DNA of 64,000 nt from an uncultured Lentisphaeraceae bacterium. GTDB taxonomy: Bacteria; Verrucomicrobiota; Kiritimatiellia; RFP12; DVOR01. Shown here piece by piece: positions 42,750 through 53,200 of the stretch. Numbering within the stretch: position 1 is the stretch's first letter; each line of letters begins with the position of its first letter. Location: positions 128,365-192,364 of the forward strand of contig CASEMQ010000067.1 in NCBI GenBank assembly GCA_949289005.1. Reading direction: 5' to 3'. The translations under genes and the position numbers were made by a program. The notes below the pieces were generated by a model. It searched no databases, had not been told where the DNA came from, and saw only the letters and a list, made by a program, of their open reading frames with translations.

Positions 42750-45700
42750 TTAGTAGACGTTGAGGGCGGCGAGCGCCTGGAGGTACTCGTACTTGCGGGA
42801 GTAGAACGCATCGGCTTCCGCGAAGAGCTTCTTGGCCTCCTCGGGGTCCATCTTGGCGAGCTGCTTGAAGCGGTTCTCGGTGGGGGCCTGAGCCTCGGAG
42901 AACTTCTTCGTGGGCGCCTTGGAGTCGAGGGTGAGCGGGTTCTTGCCCTGGGCGGCGAGCTCGGGGTTGTAGCGGAACAGCGGGAAATGGCCGGTCTCGA
43001 CGGCCATCTTCTGGTGCTCCAGGCCCGTGGCGAGGTTGATGCCGTGCGCGATGCAGTGGGCGTACGCGATGATGAGGGCGGGGCCATCGTACTCCTCGGC
43101 CTCCTTGAACGCCTTGACGGCGGCCTCGGGGTTCATGCCCATCGAGATCTGCGCGACGTAGATGTTCTTGTAGGTCATGGAGATGGCGGCGAGGTCCTTC
43201 TTCATCTGCGGCTTGCCGGCGGCGGCGAACTTGGCCACGGCGCCGATGGGCGTGGACTTGGAAGCCTGCCCGCCGGTGTTGGAGTACACCTCGGTGTCAA
43301 GCACGAGGATCTTGACGTTGCGGCCGGTGGCGAGGACATGGTCGAGGCCGCCGTAGCCGATGTCGTAGGCCCAGCCGTCGCCGCCGAGGATCCAGACGGA
43401 GCGGCGCACCAGGAAGTCCGCCACGGTGGCAAGCTTCTTGCAGGTGGGGCAGTCGCAATTCGCGGCAACTTCTTTGATCTTGGCGACGCGGGCGCGCTGC
43501 GCCTTGATGTCCTCGTCGGTCTTCTGGTTGTCCGCGGCGTCGGAGGCATCCTGGAGGAGGGCCTTGAAGTCGGCGGGTGCCTCGGGGGCATCGACGATCT
43601 TCTTGATGAGCTCCTTGGCGAAGCCTTTCTGCTTGTCGCGGGAGATGGCCATGCCGAGACCGAACTCGGCGTTGTCCTCGAAGAGGGAGTTGGACCACGC
43701 GGGGCCCTTGCCCTCGGCCGTCTGGCAGTACGGCGTGGTGGGGAGGTTGCCGCCGTAGATCGAAGAGCAGCCCGTGGCATTGGCGATGCAGAGGTGGTCG
43801 CCGCAGATCTGGGTGAGCATCTTGATGTACGGGGTCTCGCCGCAACCGGCGCAGGCGCCGGAGAACTCGAAGAGCGGGCGCTTGAGCTGCGAGGTCTTCG
43901 CGTTGAGCGGCACGCCGGTGAGGTCGGTCTCGGGGAGGTCGAGGAAGAACTTCCAGTTGGCCTCGCCGGGCTTGCGCAGGGTGTCCTGGTCGTAGTGGAC
44001 CATGTTGAGGGACTTGCCGGTCTTGGGCAGTTCGGGGCAGATCTTGGTGCAGAGGCCGCAGCCGGTGCAGTCCTCGACGGAGATCTGGAGGGTGAACTTC
44101 TTGCCCTTGAAGGGCGGCTTGGCGTCGGCGCTCAGGAAGCCTTCGGGGGCGCCGGCCAGCGCGGGCTCGTCGACGACCTTGGCGCGGAGGGCCGCGTGCG
44201 GGCAGACGGTGGAGCACTTGAGGCACTGGATGCAGGTGGCGCTGTTCCACACGGGCACGTTGACGGCGATGTTGCGCTTCTCGTACTGCGTGGTGGCGGT
44301 GGGCCAGGTGCCGTCGTCGGGGATGGCGGAGACGGGGAGCGTGTCGCCCTCCTGGCGCATCATCACGGCGGTGACGTCCTTGATGAACTGCGGCGCGCTC
44401 GCGGCCACGGTGGCGGGCTTGCGCAGCTTGCCGGAGGGGGCGGCGGGGACGGCCACTTCCTCGATGGCAGCCTGAGCGGCGTCGATGGCGTCCCAGTTCA
44501 GCTTGACCACGTCGTCGCCCTTCTTGGCATAGGCCTTCTGAGCGTACTTCTTGAGCAACTCGATAGCCTTGTCCACGGGCTTGATGATACCGGAGATGCA
44601 GAAGAAGGCCGTCTGCATGATGGTGTTGGTGCGGCCACCGAGACCGAGGCGCTGGGCGACGGCGACGGCGTTCACGACGTAGAACTTCAGCTTCTTGTCG
44701 ATGATGACCTGGGCGACCTCGTCGGGGATGTGGTCCCAGACGGTCTTGGCGTCATACTCGGACTGGAGCAGGAAGGTGGCCCCAACCTTGGCCGCGGAGA
44801 GCATGTCATACTTCTCGAGGAAGGAGAAGTTGTGGCACGCCACGAAATCGGCCTTGGTGCAGAGGTAGGGGCTGTGGATCGGGTTGGGGCCGAAACGCAG
44901 GTGGGAGACCGTGAGGCCGCCGGCCTTCTTGGAGTCGTAGACGAAGTAACCCTGGGCGTAGTTGTCGGTAGCGTTGCCGATCAGTTTGATGCTGTTCTTG
45001 TTCGCGCCGACGGTACCGTCGGAGCCGAGCCCGTAGAACATGCACTCGGTGCAGCCGGAGTCCTTGAGCAGGAAGGCGGGGACGTCGATGGAGGCGCCGG
45101 TCACGTCGTCCACGATGCCCACGGCGAAGTGGTTCTTGGGCTCGGCGGCCTTCATGTTGTCGAAGACGCCCTTGACCATGGCGGGGGTGAACTCCTTGGA
45201 GCCCAAACCGTAGCGGCCGCCGTAAGTCTTGGGATAGCGGATGTCGAGCCAGCCGTTCTGCATGGCATCGCCGATGGCGGTGCGCACATCGGTATAGAGC
45301 GGCTCTCCGACGGAGCCGGGCTCCTTCGAGCGGTCGAGCACCGTGATCTTCTGCACGGTCTTGGGCAGGGCGGCGGCGAAAGCCTTCACGTCGAAGGGAC
45401 GATAGAGGTGCACCTTGACGACGCCGGTCTTCTCGCCCTCGGCGTTGAGCTCCTCGACCACTTCCTGGACGGTCTCGGCGCCGGAGCCCATGATGACGAC
45501 CACGTTCTCGGCATCGGGGGCGCCGACGTAGTCAAAGAGATGATACTGGCGCCCCGTCAGCTTGGCCAGCTTGTCCATGTTCTTCTGGACAATGGCGGGG
45601 ACGGCCTCGTAATACTTGTTGACGGTCTCGCGGCCCTGGAAGTAGACGTCGGGGTTCTGGGCCGTGCCGCGCATGGTGGGCGCCTCGGGGTTGAGGCCGC

Positions 45701-46313
45701 GGGCGCGGAAGGCATTGACGGCATCCTCGTCAATCATCTCGCGGATGACTTCCTGCGGGATTTCCTCGATTTTCTGGACTTCGTGGGAGGTGCGGAAGCC
45801 ATCGAAGAAGTGGACGAAGGGCACCTTGGCCTCGAGCGTGGAGGCGTGGGCGACGAGGGCCATGTCGGAGCACTCCTGGACGCTATCGGCGCCGAGGAAG
45901 GCGAAGCCCGTCTGGCGGCAGGCCATAATGTCGCCGTGGTCGCCAAAAATCGAGAGTCCCTGCATGGCGAGGGCGCGGGCGGACACGTGGAAGACGGTCG
46001 GCGTGAGCTCGCCGGCAATCTTGTACATGTTCGGAATCATCAGCAACAGGCCCTGGGAGGCCGTGAAGGTGGTGGTCAGCGAGCCGGTGGTCAGCGAGCC
46101 GTGCACGGCGCCGGCGGCGCCGCCTTCGGACTGGAGCTCGACAATCTGCGGGATGGTGCCCCAGATGTTGGTCTGCTTGCGGGCGGCCCACTCATCCGCG
46201 AACTCGGCCATCGGCGAAGAGGGGGTGATGGGGTAGATGGCGGCGACTTCGGAGCACGCGAACGCGACACGCGCAGTGGCCTCGTTGCCGTCACACATGA
46301 TGTACTTGGGCAT
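42750..46313 (-). CDS. nifJ: Pyruvate:ferredoxin (flavodoxin) oxidoreductase, single-chain PFOR/NifJ
   Basis: The 1187-aa protein starts MPKYIMCDGNEATARVAFA. It has two ferredoxin CxxCxxCxxxCP motifs (CIQCLKCSTVCP, CTGCGLCTKICP) and a TPP domain GGDGWAYDIGYGGLDH. Confidence 0.9.
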   Translation of the reverse strand: MPKYIMCDGNEATARVAFACSEVAAIYPITPSSPMAEFADEWAARKQTNIWGTIPQIVELQSEGGAAGAVHGSLTTGSLTTTFTASQGLLLMIPNMYKIAGELTPTVFHVSARALAMQGLSIFGDHGDIMACRQTGFAFLGADSVQECSDMALVAHASTLEAKVPFVHFFDGFRTSHEVQKIEEIPQEVIREMIDEDAVNAFRARGLNPEAPTMRGTAQNPDVYFQGRETVNKYYEAVPAIVQKNMDKLAKLTGRQYHLFDYVGAPDAENVVVIMGSGAETVQEVVEELNAEGEKTGVVKVHLYRPFDVKAFAAALPKTVQKITVLDRSKEPGSVGEPLYTDVRTAIGDAMQNGWLDIRYPKTYGGRYGLGSKEFTPAMVKGVFDNMKAAEPKNHFAVGIVDDVTGASIDVPAFLLKDSGCTECMFYGLGSDGTVGANKNSIKLIGNATDNYAQGYFVYDSKKAGGLTVSHLRFGPNPIHSPYLCTKADFVACHNFSFLEKYDMLSAAKVGATFLLQSEYDAKTVWDHIPDEVAQVIIDKKLKFYVVNAVAVAQRLGLGGRTNTIMQTAFFCISGIIKPVDKAIELLKKYAQKAYAKKGDDVVKLNWDAIDAAQAAIEEVAVPAAPSGKLRKPATVAASAPQFIKDVTAVMMRQEGDTLPVSAIPDDGTWPTATTQYEKRNIAVNVPVWNSATCIQCLKCSTVCPHAALRAKVVDEPALAGAPEGFLSADAKPPFKGKKFTLQISVEDCTGCGLCTKICPELPKTGKSLNMVHYDQDTLRKPGEANWKFFLDLPETDLTGVPLNAKTSQLKRPLFEFSGACAGCGETPYIKMLTQICGDHLCIANATGCSSIYGGNLPTTPYCQTAEGKGPAWSNSLFEDNAEFGLGMAISRDKQKGFAKELIKKIVDAPEAPADFKALLQDASDAADNQKTDEDIKAQRARVAKIKEVAANCDCPTCKKLATVADFLVRRSVWILGGDGWAYDIGYGGLDHVLATGRNVKILVLDTEVYSNTGGQASKSTPIGAVAKFAAAGKPQMKKDLAAISMTYKNIYVAQISMGMNPEAAVKAFKEAEEYDGPALIIAYAHCIAHGINLATGLEHQKMAVETGHFPLFRYNPELAAQGKNPLTLDSKAPTKKFSEAQAPTENRFKQLAKMDPEEAKKLFAEADAFYSRKYEYLQALAALNVY

Positions 46314-46376
46314 ATTTCTCTCCTTTGGAAAAATGGTTCGGGGGCGTCCGCTTGCCGCTGGGCGCCCCCGTCGGGG

Positions 46377-47333
46377 TTAGGCATTGGCCTGGCAGAACGC
46401 ACGCACATCGTCAAGCTGGCCGGCGGAGCCGAGCTTCACGTTCTTGGCGGCGATGAACTTGGCGTACTCCTCCATAAAAATCTTGCCGATGGGGCGGAGG
46501 TCGAAGTTCTCGGGGTGGTCACGGAAGTACTCGCGGTGGACGCGGCACCACACCAAGCGACCGTCGGTGTCGATGTTGATCTTGGTGACGCCCAGCTCGG
46601 CGGCGCGGCGGAACTGATTGTCGTCCACGCCCTTGGCGCCATCCAACTTACCGCCTGCGGCGTTGATGCGCGCGACCTCGTCCTGCGGCACGGAGGAAGA
46701 CCCGTGCATGACCAGCGGGAAGCCGGGGACTTTCTTCTGGATCTCGGCGAGCACGTCAAAGCGGAGGCCCTGGGTGCCGGTGAACTTGAAGGCGCCGTGC
46801 GAGGTGCCGATGGCGCAGGCGAGCGAGTCGCAACCGGTGGCCTCGACGAAGCGCTTGACGTCCTCGGGGTTGGTCAGGCAGGCATCCTTCTCGTCGACGG
46901 CCACATGCTCCTCAACGCCACCCAACTTGCCGAGCTCGGCCTCAACGACCAAGCCCTTGGCATGCGCCATATCCACGATCTTCTTGGTGATGGCCACGTT
47001 CTCGTCAAAGGGCTTCGACGAGGCATCAATCATCACGGAGCTATAGAAACCGGAGTTGATGCAATCGATGCAGGAGGCTTCGTCGCCGTGATCCAGGTGC
47101 ACCGCGAAGACGGCTTCCGGGAAAACCTTGTCGGCCGCGCGGATGACGTATTCCAACATCAGCTTATCGGTGTACGCGCGGGCGCCCTTCGAAATCTGGA
47201 TGATGAACGGGGCCTTGCTTTCGATGCACCCACGGAACAGGCCCATGCACTGCTCCATGTTGTTGATGTTGTAAGCACCCACGGCATACTTGCCGTACGC
47301 GTGCTTGAAGAGTTCCTTCGTCGTAACGATCAT
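46377..47333 (-). CDS. fba: Class II fructose-bisphosphate aldolase
   Basis: AVGAYNINNMEQ...HLDHG...GTSHGAFKF...HGSSSVP are class II FBA motifs. Confidence 0.9.
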   Translation of the reverse strand: MIVTTKELFKHAYGKYAVGAYNINNMEQCMGLFRGCIESKAPFIIQISKGARAYTDKLMLEYVIRAADKVFPEAVFAVHLDHGDEASCIDCINSGFYSSVMIDASSKPFDENVAITKKIVDMAHAKGLVVEAELGKLGGVEEHVAVDEKDACLTNPEDVKRFVEATGCDSLACAIGTSHGAFKFTGTQGLRFDVLAEIQKKVPGFPLVMHGSSSVPQDEVARINAAGGKLDGAKGVDDNQFRRAAELGVTKINIDTDGRLVWCRVHREYFRDHPENFDLRPIGKIFMEEYAKFIAAKNVKLGSAGQLDDVRAFCQANA

Positions 47334-47457
47334 CGTTGAGACTCCTGGTTCGGGTTAAAGAGACGGTGGAAGTATAGCACTTGCCTCAAAATTGGGCAAG
47401 GTTGGCACGCACAAATCACGCAACGGACAGCGTGCCCGGCGTTTGGGAGAGGCGCAC

Positions 47458-48066
47458 TCACAGTTTTTGCGCGGGGATGCCGAAGACGGTGGCGGAGGCA
47501 TGGAGGTTGTTGAGCAGGACGGCGCCTGCGCCGATTGTACAACCATCGCCCACGTGTTTGCCAGGCATGATTTGCGCACCGGTATGAAGGGTCACGTGAT
47601 GGCCCAGGGTGGCGTAGCCGCCGACGAAGGCCGTGGTGTCCAGGCGCAGGAAATCTCCTGCTCGCACGTCGTGCCCCAGCACCGCACCTGTCTGCATAAA
47701 GAGAAAAGCCCCCACGTGCGCGTCCGCGCCGACGTAGGCGAAGGGTGCGAGGATGGAGCCGTGGCCGATTTCGGAATGGAGCACTTTGGCCTGCGGGTGG
47801 ATAAGCGAGGCAAAGTGTGCGCCGCGGGCACGCAGACGCTCCACGCAGACGCGGCGCACGGTGTTCTGGCCGATGGCGCAAAGGACGGGACAATCGAGCG
47901 GGGCGGTCTCGACACCGCCAAGGATGGGGGCATAGCCGGTGCGGGAGCCAAGTGCGCCGGGGTTGTCGTCGATGAAGCCGAGGGGCTCCATGCCGGCCTC
48001 CTTGGCCCACCAAAAGACTTCGCGCCCCAGGCCACCGGCACCGAGGATAAGGACGTGACGCGTCAT
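47458..48066 (-). CDS. NeuD/PglD-family sugar O-acyltransferase (hexapeptide-repeat left-handed beta-helix)
   Basis: A Rossmann-like N-terminus HVLILGAGGLGREV is followed by hexapeptide repeats (IGHGSIL, VGADAHVGAF, IGAGAVL). Confidence 0.7.
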   Translation of the reverse strand: MTRHVLILGAGGLGREVFWWAKEAGMEPLGFIDDNPGALGSRTGYAPILGGVETAPLDCPVLCAIGQNTVRRVCVERLRARGAHFASLIHPQAKVLHSEIGHGSILAPFAYVGADAHVGAFLFMQTGAVLGHDVRAGDFLRLDTTAFVGGYATLGHHVTLHTGAQIMPGKHVGDGCTIGAGAVLLNNLHASATVFGIPAQKL

Positions 48067-50255
48067 GGTTTAGCCTCCTGTTTGGGGGATTGCGTGGGTG
48101 ACTGCGCGGGGAGCAGTTCGTGATAGGCTTGATAGTGGCGCTTGACTGCGACACCTTGGACGGCGCGGCCGCTCTCGATAAGCAGGTCGGCGTAAGCAGG
48201 AATGAAGACATCCTTTTCGGCTTGGGTCTTGGCCTGCGCGGCGACCTGGCGGGCAATGGCGAGCCCTTCGTCCACGCGCCCCTCTTGTCGGGCGATGGCG
48301 GTGGCCAGCACCAAGCGGATGCGCGGGATGGCGTCGGGCCACGCATCGGCCTTGGCGGCCTCGCGAAGGGCGCGCATGGCGCAGGCTTCGGCCGTCTTGG
48401 GGTCTTTCTCGGCGAGGTGGAAGTCGGCCAACACGAAGAGGACGTTCGGATCCTCGGGTGCGAGGCTCTCGGCGAGGCGGAGGAAGGGCGCGGCGCGACC
48501 TGGCTTGCCGGTGGCGCGGGCAATCTCGGCGGCCTTGAAGACCGTACCGACGGCTGGCTTGGCGAGGGCGAAGGCCGAGGCGTAGGCGCGAAGGGCGTTT
48601 TCGTGGTCGGCGAGTTTTTCGAAGGCATCCGCGGAGGCGATTTCGCGGTCAGAAAGGCCTCGCAGGACGGGATCGTTGGGATTGATCTTGGAAGCCTCGA
48701 TGTATTTGCCTTGAAGGATGAGGCGGCGCGCTTGGCGAAGGGTGGCAATGACATCTTGGAAGGCAGCCTCGGTCTCCTTGGGAAGCGCGACCCAGTCCAT
48801 CTTGGGGTCGTAGAGCGGGGCGAATTGGGCGACGAGGCGCTGTGCACCCTGGCCATCGAAGAGAAGGCGGCGGGCGGTGGTGGCGGAGCGCAGGGGGATG
48901 CGGGGCGCGATTGGCTCGGCGAGCGCAGATTCGAGGGTCTTGGCATCGGCGACCATACAACAGGGCAACAACGTGATGGGTGCGTCGATCATGGCGCGGA
49001 TAAGGACAGGCGCGACGTTGGCGCGATCCAACAGGGCGGTCATTTCGGCGAGATTGCCGGCGATTGGCTTGCGGGAGGCGACGACTTGCCAACGGTTGAG
49101 GCCGGTCATCCAAAGCTGCACATGCGGAAAATGCTTGAGAAGGATGCCGATGCGTGCCATCAACATGCGGGCATCGAGCGCCCGTGCGTCGAGGTCATAG
49201 ACCAAGACACCGCCCTCGTTGAGGTTTTCCAGCGCGGCGCTCAGGGCCGCCGAACCGAAGTAATCGCGCTCCCGGCCCACCCAGGCGGGGGGCAACTCCA
49301 CCCAGAGCGCATCGTAGAGCCCCTTGAGCTGACCGGCCTCGTAAGCGGGGAAAAGCGGCTTGCCAACGACAGGGCGCGCGGCGATACGCGCGTTGGGCGC
49401 GGGCTTGAGCAGCATGGGGATGAACTGCGAGGCGGCGAGCGCGGCCTCGTCAATGCCCGCGGCGCGCACGAGTCGCCCATCCAACAGGGTGACGCCCTCG
49501 GTGCCCTGGCCGGTGTAAATGCTGTCGCGCGCGGCGATGGGCGCGAAGGGATTGACGTCCTCGAGGGCAATCTCCAGTTTCTCGGTGGGCAGGTGGTTGG
49601 CGTAGGCGAAGACCGCGGCGGTGGCGACAAGCAGGAGCGCGGGGAGCGCGAGCGCGAGGCGCGACCACAGACGCGAAAAGGCGGCAAACACACCCAGCAC
49701 GGCGGTGACGAGCGCAACCAACGCGGCGCACTGCATCAGCGTGCCGATGGGCAACGCGCCCACGAAGATCCGCGCCATTATCATCCCCACGCACACGCCG
49801 ACGAAGACGGTGAGCCTTCCGCGCGGGGCGATGGCGTTGCCGCGCACCCAGAGCAGGGGGAAGAGAAAGGCGAGCGGCGCGAACCAGAGCGCGGCCTGCC
49901 CCCAGACGAAGGCGCGCCACGCCTCGTAGGTCAGGCCGATGCGCAGGGAGAGGAAGGTCCAGTCGTGCGCCATCCCGGCGAGGTTGCCTAGCGTGAAAGC
50001 ACCGATCGCGGCGGCAAGCGTCGCGAGAAGGGCCAAGACGCGCGGCCCCACAAAGCGTTCCCCCCAGCGGCGCGCGGCCCACCCGGCCGCACCGCCGAGC
50101 GCAAGCGCGGGCAAGACAATCGGCCACAGCGCAAACCCGCCCGACCACAGGGCATAGACGTGGTTGGCGGCAAAGAGCAGGAAGGCCCCGGCAAGGGCGT
50201 AGACGAAGAGCATGGAGAGCAGGAACTTGGAACGCATGGAATGGGGCTCCTTCAA
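48063..50255 (-). CDS. Large polytopic membrane protein with a C-terminal TPR-like helical-repeat domain; function unknown
   Basis: There are about 7 hydrophobic helices in the first ~230 aa. The C-terminal half is a soluble Ala-rich repeat region. Its start overlaps the dnaE stop and its stop overlaps the neuD-like start, each by 4 nt. Confidence 0.45.
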   Translation of the reverse strand: MKEPHSMRSKFLLSMLFVYALAGAFLLFAANHVYALWSGGFALWPIVLPALALGGAAGWAARRWGERFVGPRVLALLATLAAAIGAFTLGNLAGMAHDWTFLSLRIGLTYEAWRAFVWGQAALWFAPLAFLFPLLWVRGNAIAPRGRLTVFVGVCVGMIMARIFVGALPIGTLMQCAALVALVTAVLGVFAAFSRLWSRLALALPALLLVATAAVFAYANHLPTEKLEIALEDVNPFAPIAARDSIYTGQGTEGVTLLDGRLVRAAGIDEAALAASQFIPMLLKPAPNARIAARPVVGKPLFPAYEAGQLKGLYDALWVELPPAWVGRERDYFGSAALSAALENLNEGGVLVYDLDARALDARMLMARIGILLKHFPHVQLWMTGLNRWQVVASRKPIAGNLAEMTALLDRANVAPVLIRAMIDAPITLLPCCMVADAKTLESALAEPIAPRIPLRSATTARRLLFDGQGAQRLVAQFAPLYDPKMDWVALPKETEAAFQDVIATLRQARRLILQGKYIEASKINPNDPVLRGLSDREIASADAFEKLADHENALRAYASAFALAKPAVGTVFKAAEIARATGKPGRAAPFLRLAESLAPEDPNVLFVLADFHLAEKDPKTAEACAMRALREAAKADAWPDAIPRIRLVLATAIARQEGRVDEGLAIARQVAAQAKTQAEKDVFIPAYADLLIESGRAVQGVAVKRHYQAYHELLPAQSPTQSPKQEAKP

Positions 50256-53200
50256 TCAAAATGGCGCCGGCGATTGCGCTTGGGGTCTGAGTAGATGTCA
50301 TCGCCGCGCAAATCGTAATTCACCGCGTTGCGACCCCAGAGCGTCTCAATAGCCGCGAGGCAATCGGGCGTTGGGTCGATGGCCCAGGTGGCGTCGGGCG
50401 AGAGAAGCGCCCGTCGGCCGCCGGGCAAATCGAGCATGAGGGTGACGGGATAGCCGCCCGGATGCGCTGCGAAGAGGTCACGCAAGCGCCCCAGTTTCTC
50501 CGCGGAAGGCTTGTCGTTGTCCACGCGGCAGAGGATACGCAGGCCCTTGGCGAAAAGCGCGGGAGCCTCGGCGAGGGGATGGATCTCGGCGGCAAAGATG
50601 ACAGGGTCGCGGCCTTCCTCAAACTTGGCCTCGCCGCAGATGAGCACAGGCGCGTCCTGCACGAGCGCCTCTTTGTTGCGTTCGTAGGTGTCATTGAAGG
50701 CCAACACCTTGACCGAGCCCGTGCCGTCCTCCACCGTCAGATCCGCCCAAGGGCGCTTCGTGGTTTTGGAGAGTGCCACGCGCACGTTCGAAAGCAACCC
50801 CGCCACGCGCACGGCATCGCGATTGTGCTTGACGCGCGGGAAGGCCTCGGCCGAGACGGTGCGGAAGGAGCGCACGAGCGTGCGATAGCGGTCGACGGGG
50901 TGCCCGGTGAGGTAGACGCCCAGCAGGTCGCGCTCGTCCTGGAGGCGCTCCTTCTCGGGACGATCGGGCGCATCGGGCAGATCCTCGCCGAGACCGCCAC
51001 CGGCGTCCTCGCCGCCCATCAGGTCGAAGAGCGAGCCCTGGCCGGAGGCTCCGTCGCGGTCGGCCTCGGCCACGCGCGAGAAGGCGAAGTCGATGCCCGC
51101 CAGGAGCCGCCCCTGCGTCATACCCTCGAAGCACGCCATCGCGCCGCTGCGGATGAGCGCTTCGACGGCGCGCTTGGTGACCAGGAGTTTGCCATCGTTC
51201 GCGGCCTTGGCCTCGGCGCCGCACAACCGCTTGCAGAAGTCCACCAACCCCTTGTAAGGGCCGTTCTTCTCGCGCTCGGCCACGATCTGGTCGCCCGCGG
51301 CCTCGCCGACGTTGCGGATGGCGCCGAGGCCGAATCGCACGGCGTCCTTGCCGGCGGGCGCGAAGTGGCACCGCGAGGCATTGACGTCCGGCGGCAACAC
51401 GCGCAACCCCATGTCCGCCGCCGCGGCGACGAGCGCCGGCATCTTGTCGAAGTTGCCGATTTCCGAGGAAATCTGCGCGCACATGAAGTCCGCTGGATAG
51501 TGTGCCTTGAGGTAGCCCGTCTGGTAGGCGATGTAGGCGTAGCAGACAGAGTGGGACTTGTTGAAAGCATAGGAGGCGAAGGCCGTCCAGTCGCCCCAGA
51601 TTTTCTCGGCGCGTTTGCGGGCGTCTTCCTCGCCTTGGCAGGCCTCCATGTAGGCGGGATTTTTGAGACAGCCATCGAGGAATTTGACGCGGAGTTTCTC
51701 CATCGTCTCCAGCTGCTTTTTGCCCATGGCCTTGCGGAGCGTGTCGGATTCGCCGCGCGTGAAGCCAGCCAGAAGGCGCGAGAGCAACATCACTTGCTCC
51801 TGGTAGACCGTCACGCCGTAGGTATCCTTGAGATACTGCTCCATGAGCGGATGGTCGTAGGCGACCTTTTCCTCGCCGTGTTTGCGGCGGATAAAGGAGG
51901 GGATGTAATCCATCGGGCCCGGGCGATAGAGGGCGTTCATGGCCACAAGATCCTCGAAGCGGTTGGGGCGCAGGGAACGCAGGTGCGCCTTCATGCCATC
52001 GGATTCAAACTGGAAGAGTCCGTCCGTCTCGCCGCGGGAAAAGAGCGCGAAGGTTTCCTTGTCATCGATGGGGATGGCGTCCATGTCCACGTCGAGCCCA
52101 TGCGACTCCTTGATGGATTCCAGGCAGGCCTTGAGCACCGAGAGCGTCTTCAGTCCCAGGAAGTCCATCTTGAGCAGGCCGATCGGTTCCACGAAGTGCC
52201 CGTCGTACTGCGTGGTCATCAGGCTTTCGCCCGCCGTGGGCATGATGGGGATGGTCTCCATCAAGGGGTCGCGGCTGATGATGATGCCGCAAGCGTGCAC
52301 GCCGATGTTGCGTGTGGTGCCCTCCAGACGGATGGCCAGCTCCAGGATGCGCCGTTGCATCGGGTCGTCGCCGTCGAGCACCTCCGCCAGTTTGGGATTG
52401 CCCTTGAGCGCCTTGGCGAAGGTGATTTTCGGTGCGTCCGGCACCAACGCCGCCAACGCGTTTGCGTCCGCGAGCGGATAGTCCAACACGCGGCAAACGT
52501 CCTTGATCGCGCTCTTGGGCGCCATGATGCCAAACGTGGCAATGTGCCCCACGTGGTCGGCGCCATACTTCTGCGTCACCCACTCCAGCACGCGCCCACG
52601 CCCCAGATCGTCGAAGTCCACGTCGATATCCGGCATGGAAATGCGATCCGGGTTCAGGAAACGCTCGAACAGCAGATCGTAGCGGATGGGGTCGATGTCC
52701 GTGATCTTCAGGCAATAGGCCACCGCGCTGCCCGCCGCGCTGCCACGCCCAGGCCCCACGAGCACGCCCATCCCGCGCGCGGCCGCGATGTAATCCTGCA
52801 CAATCAGAAAGTACCCCGGGAAACCCATCTGCTTGATGGTGTTCAGCTCAAAGGCGATGCGCTCCTTGATTTCCGGCGTCAGCGTCTCCCCCGGCCAACG
52901 CTTTGCCGCGCCCTCCCATGTCAAGTGCGCCAGATAGTCGCTCTCCAACTTGATGCGCAACACCTTGTCGTAACCATCGAACTTGTCGTAGCGCTCGAAC
53001 TCCTCGCGCAACGCCGCCTCCGGGAAACACGCCGCGTAATCCGCCTCCGTGCCGAAGGCCTCCGGAATCGGGAACTTCGGCATGATCGGGTCGGAGTTCA
53101 GCCCATATTCCTCCACCTTGTCGGCCACGGCCACGGTATTGTGAATGGCCTCGCGGCAACTCTCCGGCAATGCCGCGCACATTTCCTCATAGCTCTTCAG

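Noticed and set aside
42525-47339. 1604-aa plus-strand ORF opposite PFOR and fba
   Set aside because: Antisense to two of the most confidently identified genes in the window, and Gly/Leu/Ala-rich. A shadow ORF.
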